DNA of 64,000 bases from the NCBI GenBank assembly GCA_949287505.1, contig CASEGX010000010.1:3297-67296 (forward strand). Reading direction: 5' to 3'. The stretch comes from an uncultured Spirochaetales bacterium. GTDB taxonomy: Bacteria > Spirochaetota > Spirochaetia > Sphaerochaetales > Sphaerochaetaceae. Position 1 is the first letter of the stretch. Each line of letters begins with the position of its first letter. Below, one piece after another: positions 28,243 through 36,184 of the stretch. The notes beneath the pieces are model-generated. The model ran no database searches. It was not told where the DNA came from and saw only the letters and a program-made list of their open reading frames with translations. A program made the position numbers and the translations under genes.

Positions 28243-28271
28243 ATAATATTTCATCAACAAAGCACTGTCAA
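28243..28271 (-). promoter_or_regulatory. near-consensus promoter TTGACA-17 nt-TATTAT for the peptide gene
   Basis: Read on the minus strand (-35 at 28271-28266, -10 at 28248-28243). It predicts a leader of roughly 100 nt containing the hairpin at 28164-28182. Confidence 0.6.
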
Positions 28272-28282
28272 ACTTGCTTTCA

Positions 28283-28314
28283 GGCTGATACTGATATACA
28301 TCCGGATTTTCTTA
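28283..28314 (+). repeat. 5' cassette repeat, copy B
   Basis: GGCTGATACTGATATACATCCGGATTTTCTTA, followed by AGGAGGGG and GTG 28326. Confidence 0.7.
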
Positions 28315-28325
28315 GGAGGGGTCAA

Positions 28326-28907
28326 GTGAAACGCTTTTTGTTAATGATTGCAATATTAAGTACAATCACCCCATTATTTGCAGCTAATGACATATCAAAA
28401 TTATCATCCGAAGCACAATTAGAATATCTCCCTAATGCATTATCTATACAGACGACAGATTCAATGCAGTCTATAGGCTCAGGATTTGGAAATGTATATA
28501 ATTCTGGACTTATAACATCCTTGTCAGCAACTAACAGCTCAATATCCACAGAATGGTATCCATATTTAGGAGCATCAGAAATAGATAGAAAAACATTTTA
28601 TCAACTTACTGAACAAACAGATCTGTACAACGATTATGTAAATGGAATGAAAAAACAAAATACCATGAATGCATGTGGATGGGCTTTGTTTGTAGCGACA
28701 GCTATAGGTGGTACAGCATTAACAAAATATGGAATATACGATGATTATAATACGTTGTTTGCATATTCTGGATTAGGATTACTGATTATAGGAGGACTTG
28801 CCTCATTGCCTTTGGTAAGTTGGCAGTATAATGATAATGTTTCAATATCATTTGCAGTCGGATTATCAGATATATATAACAACAAATTATATGAATCACT
28901 TAAATAA
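28326..28907 (+). CDS. AT-rich orphan secreted/membrane protein (signal peptide plus C-terminal hydrophobic segments)
   Basis: AGGAGGGG lies 4 nt before GTG 28326. The product reads (M)KRFLLMIAILSTITPLFAAND... Two C-terminal hydrophobic stretches are present (ACGWALFVATAIGGTAL, YSGLGLLIIGGLASLPLV). The track's longer 28239 start lacks an RBS. Confidence 0.65.
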   Translation: MKRFLLMIAILSTITPLFAANDISKLSSEAQLEYLPNALSIQTTDSMQSIGSGFGNVYNSGLITSLSATNSSISTEWYPYLGASEIDRKTFYQLTEQTDLYNDYVNGMKKQNTMNACGWALFVATAIGGTALTKYGIYDDYNTLFAYSGLGLLIIGGLASLPLVSWQYNDNVSISFAVGLSDIYNNKLYESLK

Positions 28908-29172
28908 GTATCAGCCTGGCTTATACCCGACCTCTCAGTGACTCACCTTCCATTATCCATTCATCTGGAATCATTTCAGTAATCTATCTATAGTTCTTTT
29001 ATCTATCAGCTGTTATTTTTCAGGCAACCGATGGGTAGTCAATGAATGAATCATACAGGACGCAAATTCCTTACGCAGCAGGTAACTCAGGTGCGGTTTT
29101 TATTGCCTAAACGTTTCTTGATTACGATAATTTTTAACAGAAGCTGTACTGCCGACAGATGGCAAGCTTTCC
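28908..29172 (+). repeat. 3' cassette repeat, copy B
   Basis: Direct repeat of 27741-28012. Its terminator hairpin (about 29074-29096) is degenerate compared with copy A. Confidence 0.8.
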
Positions 29173-29283
29173 AAGGCCAGGAGCTAAAACCGTTCGTTTA
29201 TAGCCGTACCAAGTGGATTTCAAGTGAGGCTTATGAACATTGTCAAACAACATTATTCTTGTTGGTATCTGACCTGTATCAGA

Positions 29284-30084
29284 CTATGCTTTCACAGATT
29301 TCACTAATGAAGCGACGATAAAAATCACCATATGCACCACCACGATGCTTGCACCTGTCGGAAGAGAGAATGCATATGAAAGGAGAAAACCTGCAAGGAA
29401 TGCAATCAAAGCCTCTGCAGCCGCAACTACGGATACCTTCAGATATGTCTTCTCAATCTTCATGGCAACTGCCGCAGGAAAAATGATCAGGCTGGAAATC
29501 AGAAGAGAGCCAAGAATTCTCATTCCGACTACAATCACAAGCGCAGTAAGCAGAGACAGTAAAGCTGTATAACGCCTCGTGTTTATTCCTGTTGCTCTTG
29601 CAAAGGAAGAGTCAAATGTCGTGGCATAGATCTGATGATAGAAAATCACATAGGAAAAAAGTGTGGCTATTGAGATTACGGCAGCAATCACTCCATCGGT
29701 TTTTGAAACAGAAAGAATGGAGCCGAAAAGAAATGCATTCAGGTCAGTATTCACTCCCGCAATCGAGACTGCAATGACACCGAGTGCAAGTGCAGAAGAA
29801 GATATAAGTGCAATCGCACTGTCGCCACCGCGCTTACCTTCTGAAATACGAAGCAATACAAAAGCAGCTATCACTACAACAGGGATCGTGACCACCATCG
29901 GTTGCAGGGAAAGAAGGGCCGAAAGTCCCAATGCGCCGAACCCTACATGAGACAGTCCGTCTCCGATCATCGAAAAGCGTCTGAGCACAAGACTCACACC
30001 CAATAAGGAAGCCGCTATTGAGACACAAAGACCTACAAGCAATGCCCTCACAAGAAATGGATAGGAAAGAATCTCACTTATCAT
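29284..30084 (-). CDS. znuB: metal (zinc) ABC transporter permease, ABC-3 family
   Basis: 266-aa polytopic protein in an operon with the ATPase and a ZnuA-like SBP. Confidence 0.88.
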   Translation of the reverse strand: MISEILSYPFLVRALLVGLCVSIAASLLGVSLVLRRFSMIGDGLSHVGFGALGLSALLSLQPMVVTIPVVVIAAFVLLRISEGKRGGDSAIALISSSALALGVIAVSIAGVNTDLNAFLFGSILSVSKTDGVIAAVISIATLFSYVIFYHQIYATTFDSSFARATGINTRRYTALLSLLTALVIVVGMRILGSLLISSLIIFPAAVAMKIEKTYLKVSVVAAAEALIAFLAGFLLSYAFSLPTGASIVVVHMVIFIVASLVKSVKA

Positions 30085-30781
30085 GCCCTGCCTCCTTCAT
30101 GAAAGTCTTACCTGCATCGGAGTGAAAATACTTCTCCTTAGGGCCGAAGAAATAACCGTTATGGGAGAAGTGGAGTATTGTGCGTGCATCATGCAGAACC
30201 GGATGAATGTCATGGGTAACCATCATTATCGTGATTCCCGAAGCATTCAGATTACGCAGAATTCCGTACAGCTCACTTGTAGTCTTCACATCAAGATTGG
30301 CAACAGGCTCATCAAGGAATATGAGCTTCTCAGTCGCCATGAGCGCTCTGGCAAGCAACACCCTCTGCTGCTGTCCACCGGAGAGTTCCTGGAAAGAAAC
30401 TGAAGCGTAGCCAGACATGCCCATTCTCTCAAGCTCCTCTGAAGCTCTCTTTTTTTCCGCTTTTGTATAGAACAAGGCCCTGTGTCTGTTGAGGCAGCCG
30501 GAAAGAACAACCTCCATCACAGAGGAGGGGAAATCACGCTGTATGCCGGAAACCTGCGGGAAATACCCTATTTCAGTCCTTTTCAGGCCACCGCAGTATT
30601 CAATTCTTCCTTTCAGGGGCTCAACCAGGCCAAGAACGGTTTTCACGAAGGTGCTTTTCCCAGAGCCATTCTCACCGACGATGCAGAGATAGTCTCCATC
30701 ACTGACAGAGAATGAGAGTCCGGAGATAATTCCCTGCCCCTCATAACCAAGTGTCAGATCCTCTCCATGTATCAGTATCAA
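30074..30781 (-). CDS. znuC: metal (zinc) ABC transporter ATP-binding protein
   Basis: Walker A GENGSGKST, signature LSGGQQQR and Walker B LIFLDEP. Confidence 0.92.
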   Translation of the reverse strand: MILIHGEDLTLGYEGQGIISGLSFSVSDGDYLCIVGENGSGKSTFVKTVLGLVEPLKGRIEYCGGLKRTEIGYFPQVSGIQRDFPSSVMEVVLSGCLNRHRALFYTKAEKKRASEELERMGMSGYASVSFQELSGGQQQRVLLARALMATEKLIFLDEPVANLDVKTTSELYGILRNLNASGITIMMVTHDIHPVLHDARTILHFSHNGYFFGPKEKYFHSDAGKTFMKEAGHDK

Positions 30782-31707
30782 TTCAAAGCCTCCTGCAGCA
30801 CACTGATGTTCTCACCCATCAGATCAACATAATCCTTGCCGCTCAGATAATCAGCAGCACTGACATTGTGAAGTGTATTGAAAACCCTCACCCCGCATCC
30901 CGCCTCTTCTGCAATGACACGGGCTATCATCGGAGAGGACATCTCTATTGTCAGAATACACGGGACTTCAAGTTCTCTTGCCTTATCGATAAGGAATGCC
31001 ACCGTACGGGCACTGGGCTCACTTTCCTCTGCACAGCCGGGGAATGCCGCATAATATTCCAGCCCGTATTCGCGGACAAAATACAGAAGAGGAAAACGTG
31101 AGGCGAAAATAAGGATATTTCTCTCAGCACTCTCAACAATGCTTCTGAACTGCCTGTCCAGTTCTTCTATCCTGGAAATATACTCTTCTGCATTTTTCTC
31201 ATAAGAAGCTGCGTTCTCTGCATCAAGGGAGGAAAGGAGACGGGAAAGATTCTCAATGATCCTGATCTCATTCAGAGGGCTCGTCCATACATGCTCATCG
31301 ACTTCATGAACACTGTGATCATGCTCCTCTTCCTCCTCCATGCCTTCCCTGTGCTCCTCATATAGAAGCTCCACCTGGTCGGTAAGCGCAAATGATGATG
31401 GCGGATTATCCAGGGATGATAAAATAGTCCGCACCCACTCATCCGAAGGACCGCCTGTGTAGATGACAAGATCGCTTTCCGCAATTCTCACCATATCACG
31501 CGGAGTCGGATCATAGCTGTGGCTCTCCGTCCCTGGAGGAAGAAGCATCACAAGGTTGTCATCATTCCCGAGAACAGCACGTGCAGCATCAAACGACGGG
31601 AAATCTGCGGCAACAACGGAGAATGCATCATCTGTCTCAATCTGAGTCCTTGCACAGGAAGTGATGACAAGCAATATGACAACAGCAAGAATAAGGGCCC
31701 TTCTCAT
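30778..31707 (-). CDS. znuA: zinc ABC transporter substrate-binding lipoprotein with an acidic/His-rich loop
   Basis: Lipobox LVITSC and a loop EEEEEHDHSVHEVDEHVW typical of ZnuA. ATG 31707 overlaps the zur stop (ATGA). Confidence 0.88.
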   Translation of the reverse strand: MRRALILAVVILLVITSCARTQIETDDAFSVVAADFPSFDAARAVLGNDDNLVMLLPPGTESHSYDPTPRDMVRIAESDLVIYTGGPSDEWVRTILSSLDNPPSSFALTDQVELLYEEHREGMEEEEEHDHSVHEVDEHVWTSPLNEIRIIENLSRLLSSLDAENAASYEKNAEEYISRIEELDRQFRSIVESAERNILIFASRFPLLYFVREYGLEYYAAFPGCAEESEPSARTVAFLIDKARELEVPCILTIEMSSPMIARVIAEEAGCGVRVFNTLHNVSAADYLSGKDYVDLMGENISVLQEALN

Positions 31708-32078
31708 TTCCGGCAATCCCTGCAAAGCCCTTCAAAAACAGTACTCTCAAGCGCTACAAATCCGGATGCAGCCTCAACAAGCTTCTCGATATCATGAGTG
31801 GTCTTTGCATCCAGGTGCTCCGTGCGTCCGCATTCCCGGCATCTGATGTGCATATGTCCATGGCATTCTGCTCCCTGGTACTGATAAATGCTCTTACGCC
31901 CTTCCGTACCGTTCTTTCTCACAACACCCTCATCCGCAAGATGGGAAATCAGCCTATAGACCGTAGAACGCGGCACATCAGGAAGCGCAGATGCCACATC
32001 ATCAGGAGTGAAGCCCCTCTCCTGATGGTGTTCGAAAAAGGATGTGACAGCACTTTTCTGCTTTGTGTTGTAGCTCAT
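31704..32078 (-). CDS. zur: Fur-family metalloregulator, probable Zur
   Basis: 124 aa with two CxxC pairs (CRECGRTEHL, CRDCRK) and a winged-helix N-terminus. It is the first gene of the znu operon. Confidence 0.85.
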   Translation of the reverse strand: MSYNTKQKSAVTSFFEHHQERGFTPDDVASALPDVPRSTVYRLISHLADEGVVRKNGTEGRKSIYQYQGAECHGHMHIRCRECGRTEHLDAKTTHDIEKLVEAASGFVALESTVFEGLCRDCRK

Positions 32079-32083
32079 GGAAA

Positions 32084-32100
32084 CTGAGAATAATTCTCAG
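32084..32100. promoter_or_regulatory. perfect 8-1-8 palindrome CTGAGAAT-A-ATTCTCAG, candidate Zur box
   Basis: The inner 7-1-7 differs from the Fur consensus TGATAAT-N-ATTATCA at one position per half-site. It overlaps the predicted -10 of zur. Confidence 0.6.
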
Positions 32101-32115
32101 ATTAAATAGCGTCAA
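32087..32115 (-). promoter_or_regulatory. promoter TTGACG-17 nt-TATTCT for zur-znuACB
   Basis: Read on the minus strand. The -10 ends 8 nt before ATG 32078 and there is no SD. Confidence 0.5.
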
Positions 32116-32827
32116 GGACTTTTCTGGCTTTTTCCACCTCGTTTGTTATAAGACCCTCAATTCCCCAGTCATGACAGCGCCTCATCTCACTCTCATCATT
32201 GACTGTCCATACATTGATCCTCACGCCACTCTCATGAAGCTCACCGACACTCTCGTCATCAAGCAGTTTGAATGATGGATGATAGCATTCCAGGCCTGCG
32301 CTTCTTATCTCACGTCCTATCCCACGGAGTTTCATGCCATCAAAAAGCAGACCGACGGGGAAGGATGGAGCTATCTGCCGGATCCGGAAGATGGAAAGCC
32401 AGTTGAATGATGAGAAGACAATCCTATCCTCAACGCCTGCCTTTCGCACAAGATCAATGGCCTTCTCTTCGATGCCTGGATAGCATACAGGTACTGTCTT
32501 AAGCTCGATGTTCGTGTAAAGCCTTGTGCCTTTGATCATCTCAAGATACTCCTCAAGCGACGGGACAGGCGTGAAGCCAAAAGCATCATTCTTTGTCTTT
32601 CCTGCGCTTATCTTCTCAAGTTCTGACCGTGTGTAATCAAAGACAAAGCCATCCACGCCGGCTGTACGCATAAGGCTTTCATCATGAATGATCATCACCT
32701 CTCCGTCTTTAGAAAGATGTATGTCGAGTTCGATGGCTGCTGCACCATGCTCCACAGCCTTCCGAAAGCTGAGCATTGTATTTTCAGGGTATGCTCCGCT
32801 GTAACCCCTGTGTGCGATAATATCCAT
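32102..32827 (-). CDS. glycerophosphodiester phosphodiesterase (cytoplasmic UgpQ/GlpQ type)
   Basis: Sequence MDIIAHRGYSGAYPENT and HDESLMRT. I chose ATG 32827, which gives the family-typical N-terminus and size. The track's TTG start at 32890 is unlikely. Confidence 0.88.
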   Translation of the reverse strand: MDIIAHRGYSGAYPENTMLSFRKAVEHGAAAIELDIHLSKDGEVMIIHDESLMRTAGVDGFVFDYTRSELEKISAGKTKNDAFGFTPVPSLEEYLEMIKGTRLYTNIELKTVPVCYPGIEEKAIDLVRKAGVEDRIVFSSFNWLSIFRIRQIAPSFPVGLLFDGMKLRGIGREIRSAGLECYHPSFKLLDDESVGELHESGVRINVWTVNDESEMRRCHDWGIEGLITNEVEKARKVLDAI

Positions 32828-32858
32828 ATATAATAAATCATGTGCATATGAAGAAAAT

Positions 32859-32887
32859 TTGACAACTTCCCCATCCCTTGCGATATT
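32859..32887 (+). promoter_or_regulatory. promoter TTGACA-17 nt-GATATT for the Zn-ribbon/DUF5685/J-protein operon
   Basis: Consensus -35. The -10 ends 6 nt before ATG 32894 and there is no SD. Confidence 0.6.
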
Positions 32888-32893
32888 CAATTT

Positions 32894-33301
32894 ATGAATA
32901 ATGGCTTTTTCTCAGGCCGTAATGGCTCTGATGCACTATCCGTATTTCTTACTGCCTTGGCCCTTGTAACCGCTACAGCTGCTTCCGTGATAACAACAGA
33001 GACAGCAAGAATCATAGTCTCGCTTGCAGCTGCCGTGCTGATTGCTCTTGCTGCATGGAGAATGCTGAGCAGGAATATTGCAAAACGCAGGGTCGAGAAC
33101 GAGAGATTCCTTTCATTCTTCCGCTCTTTCAGCAAGGACCCGCAGAAAGCTGAGGAGAAAAAGCGGAAGAAAGAAGAGAGAAAGACCCATGCATATTTCA
33201 AATGCCCGGAATGCAAGAAGGAACTCAGAGTCCCCAGAGGCAAGGGAAAGATCAGAATAACATGCCCGCACTGCGGACACCAGTTCATAAAGAAGACCTG
33301 A
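32894..33301 (+). CDS. membrane protein with two N-terminal TM helices, a basic linker and a C-terminal zinc ribbon
   Basis: Hydrophobic segments FLTALALVTATAASVI and IIVSLAAAVLIALAAW. Lys/Glu-rich linker. Zinc ribbon CPECKKELRVPRGKGKIRITCPHCGHQF. Confidence 0.75.
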   Translation: MNNGFFSGRNGSDALSVFLTALALVTATAASVITTETARIIVSLAAAVLIALAAWRMLSRNIAKRRVENERFLSFFRSFSKDPQKAEEKKRKKEERKTHAYFKCPECKKELRVPRGKGKIRITCPHCGHQFIKKT

Positions 33302-33302
33302 T

Positions 33303-34100
33303 ATGTTCGGTTATGTCCTTGCGAATGCCTCGTCGCTGTCAAAAGAGGAAAAGGAAATCTACAAAGCTCATTACTGCGGACTGTGCCACGTCCTGAGAGA
33401 ACGTTATGGGCAGAAAGCCATAATGGCGCTCTCCTATGACATGGTCTTTCTTGAGATGGTACTCTCTGATCTCACGGATGCCACAGAGACAAAAGGGGCC
33501 GAAAGATGCGTTCCGCACCCTGTGAAGGAACATGCGTATACCATCACGCCTTGCACAGAGTATGCCGCCGATATGCAGATGCTTCTGGGATACTACTCAC
33601 TTCTGGATAAGGTCAGGGATGAGGGAAAAGGAAAGAGCGAGGAGAAGAAAATGCGCTCTCTCCTCCCGGACCTTGAGAAGAAGTATCCGCGTATTGCTGA
33701 AAGCATAAGAAACGGGCTTGCCCTCATCGGAGAGAACGAAGACATAAACTCCAAGGATGCGGAGGGGATGTCGCTTCTTTTCGGCAAAATACTGGGAGAG
33801 GTCTTCGTATATGATGAGAGTTCGTTCTTCTCGGATGACCTAAGAGGACTTGGCTGTGGTCTCGGCCGTTTCATCTATCTTCTCGATGCCTGGTGCGACA
33901 GGAAAAAGGATGAGAAGGAAGGCGCGTACAACCCCCTGGAAAAAGGGATAACAGAAGACCAGATGCGCCAGTTGCTCCTGGACGCAGCAGCAGCCGCCTC
34001 CGATGCTTTTGAGCGCCTGCCACTTGATCAGCATGTTTTCATTCTGAGAAATATCCTATACAGTGGAATCTGGTCAAAATTCAAGGAAGAGAAAAAGTGA
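33303..34100 (+). CDS. DUF5685-like protein (uncharacterised)
   Basis: The N-terminus MFGYVLANASSLSKEEKEIYKAHYCGLCHVL matches the DUF5685 N-terminal pattern as I recall it. It starts 1 nt after the upstream stop. Confidence 0.7.
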   Translation: MFGYVLANASSLSKEEKEIYKAHYCGLCHVLRERYGQKAIMALSYDMVFLEMVLSDLTDATETKGAERCVPHPVKEHAYTITPCTEYAADMQMLLGYYSLLDKVRDEGKGKSEEKKMRSLLPDLEKKYPRIAESIRNGLALIGENEDINSKDAEGMSLLFGKILGEVFVYDESSFFSDDLRGLGCGLGRFIYLLDAWCDRKKDEKEGAYNPLEKGITEDQMRQLLLDAAAAASDAFERLPLDQHVFILRNILYSGIWSKFKEEKK

Positions 34101-34681
34101 ACGATCCATACAGCGTCCTTGGTCTGAAGCCGGACGCCTCCGATGAAGAGGTCAAGAAGGCTTACAAGACCCTGGCTAAGAAATACCATCCTGATGTTGC
34201 TGGAAACAGCCCCGAAGCTGCACGGAAGATGCAGGAAATCAATGCAGCCTATGACCAGATCATCAACCATAAGGACAGCTTCTCAGGCCAGGCACAGGGT
34301 TATGGGTACGGCTACAATGGCTACCGCTCAAGCGGAGATGAGGAACCGATTGAGCTCAGGGCTGCTGTCGCATATATAAATGCAAGACGCTTTATGGAAG
34401 CACTTAATGCCCTCCGTTCGGTTCCCGAGGCGAAAAGATCCGGCAGATGGTACTATCTTGCAGCATATGCAGAGGCACATACAGGAGACACCGTAAGCGC
34501 CATGCGTGATATAGAAACCGCTATAAGAAAAGAGCCGGGGAATGCGACATACCACGCATTCAGAGACCGGCTTACAGGAAGGAGGACAGCGTACGAGGAC
34601 TACTCAAGATCTTTCGGAGGAATCAGTACAGGATTCTTCCCATGCTGTTTCCCGTTCTTCCCCTGCTGCTGTATTATCTGA
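34097..34681 (+). CDS. J-domain protein with TPR-like middle region and C-terminal cysteine string
   Basis: J domain DPYSVLGLKPDASDEEVKKAYKTLAKKYHPD. C-terminus FFPCCFPFFPCCCII. The GTG start overlaps the upstream stop (GTGA). Confidence 0.85.
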   Translation: MNDPYSVLGLKPDASDEEVKKAYKTLAKKYHPDVAGNSPEAARKMQEINAAYDQIINHKDSFSGQAQGYGYGYNGYRSSGDEEPIELRAAVAYINARRFMEALNALRSVPEAKRSGRWYYLAAYAEAHTGDTVSAMRDIETAIRKEPGNATYHAFRDRLTGRRTAYEDYSRSFGGISTGFFPCCFPFFPCCCII

Positions 34682-35285
34682 CGAGTTCTGTAATCTGCCT
34701 TATCGCACCACCTGTTATTCTTGTCAGAAGCTCTGGAAGATCAGAAAGCGAGACAGGCACAGCGTCACAAAGGACATCCGCATAGACATCGAGGATACCG
34801 GCAACAAGGAAATCGAGCGTCCCCACCAGTTCTGCACGCTTCACTGTATCGGTCGCAAGATGCTGGAATGCTGTTGTTTTCATCAGATACTTGTCGATGA
34901 TATCAAACCGGTGCTCCATCACGTTCTTTCTGAACTCCTCTACAGAAAGAAGCAGACGATAATATTCACTATCCTTTTCCAGCATTGCTGAAAGCGCTTC
35001 AAAAAGCATTCTCGGATTGGCCAGTACGACATCGGGAGAAAGGCCTGTGAAGGCCTCTTTCAGATCTGTTATGGCAATCTCCTTTATAGATGACAGGACT
35101 TCTTCCGTGTCACGGAAATGGGCATAGAATGTTCCTCTGTTGATATCTGCAGTCCTGACAATATCCGTTATCGTGATCTTCTCAAATGGCTTGGAACGCA
35201 TCAAAGTGATAAGCGCTTCGCGAATGAGGCGCTTGGAACGCAGTGAGCTCCGGTATTCAGCCTTCGTTCGTCTCTTCTCTTCCAT
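34674..35285 (-). CDS. TetR/AcrR family transcriptional regulator
   Basis: N-terminal HTH (ITITDIVRTADINRGTFYAHF). GGGGAGG lies upstream. Confidence 0.88.
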   Translation of the reverse strand: MEEKRRTKAEYRSSLRSKRLIREALITLMRSKPFEKITITDIVRTADINRGTFYAHFRDTEEVLSSIKEIAITDLKEAFTGLSPDVVLANPRMLFEALSAMLEKDSEYYRLLLSVEEFRKNVMEHRFDIIDKYLMKTTAFQHLATDTVKRAELVGTLDFLVAGILDVYADVLCDAVPVSLSDLPELLTRITGGAIRQITELVR

Positions 35286-35374
35286 TCTTGCCTCCCCTTT
35301 ATTTTAGTTTAGTATGGATTGTTACAGAATGAAAGAAAATTGTTCATATGTGAAAAAGAGACTTTAAAGTCTTA

Positions 35375-36184
35375 TCAGCTTCCTATCGTATCAAGCACAT
35401 ATTCAATTCCTGCACTGAGCCCGTCTTCATCGACCCTGGGCGCTACCCAGTCGGCAACAGCTTTCAGATCATCCGATGCATTCCCCATGGCAATGCCGAG
35501 GCCTGCATGCTCAATCATCTCCACGTCGTTTGAACCATCGCCGAATGCGGCTGTGCTGGAAAGAGAATCCCCGAAATATCTGACAATGCAGTCAATGCCA
35601 GTGGCTTTCGTGACACCTGCCATCATGATCTCTCCCATCATATAGGAAGGAAGGCCAACGGTATTATTCACGACGGAGAACATTGGTCCGAGCTCATTTC
35701 TGACATCCTCAAGCTCTGCGTGCTTTGCAAGGTACAGAAGCTTGATTATCTCAGCATCCTCTGGAATGCTTTCCGAAATGATAATCGAGGCAAGAGCAAC
35801 TTCACTGCCTGTATATTTTCTGAGAGCCTTTTTCCAGTATTCAAACGCCTCTGGGCTCACATAAGTGCCATTTTCTGTCTGAGCGAATATGTAGAGGCCT
35901 TTTTTCCTGCAATAGGAAAGCAGGACATCCTTCTCCTCCGGCGTCATGGCACATCGGAATATCGTCTTTTCTCCTGCAACCACATGGGCACCGGCGGAGA
36001 AGACACCGCCGTCAAAACCGATAGAGAGAATGGCATCCTGTACCTCGGCAATGCTGCGTCCCGTAGCAAGAAAGGCCCGGTGGCCTTTTTCACGGATTTT
36101 CCTGATAGCCTTCACGGCACTCTCCGGCACAGGACAGCCAAAGGGAAGAATCGTTCCGTCGACGTCAAAGAAGAAGTCGATCAC
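35375..36184 (-). CDS. Cof-type HAD-IIB phosphatase
   Basis: Motifs FFFDVDGTI, ATGR and FGDGSNDVEM. A 4-nt overlap joins it to the ilvA stop. Confidence 0.88.
   Translation of the reverse strand: MIDFFFDVDGTILPFGCPVPESAVKAIRKIREKGHRAFLATGRSIAEVQDAILSIGFDGGVFSAGAHVVAGEKTIFRCAMTPEEKDVLLSYCRKKGLYIFAQTENGTYVSPEAFEYWKKALRKYTGSEVALASIIISESIPEDAEIIKLLYLAKHAELEDVRNELGPMFSVVNNTVGLPSYMMGEIMMAGVTKATGIDCIVRYFGDSLSSTAAFGDGSNDVEMIEHAGLGIAMGNASDDLKAVADWVAPRVDEDGLSAGIEYVLDTIGS

Noticed and set aside
27305-29283. CRISPR array or integron gene-cassette/attC interpretation of the island repeats.
   Set aside because: There are only two long (about 270 bp) direct repeats with unequal spacing. No short regular repeat-spacer pattern is present. 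I could not find RYYYAAC/GTTRRRY core sites, and there is no integrase or cas gene in the window.
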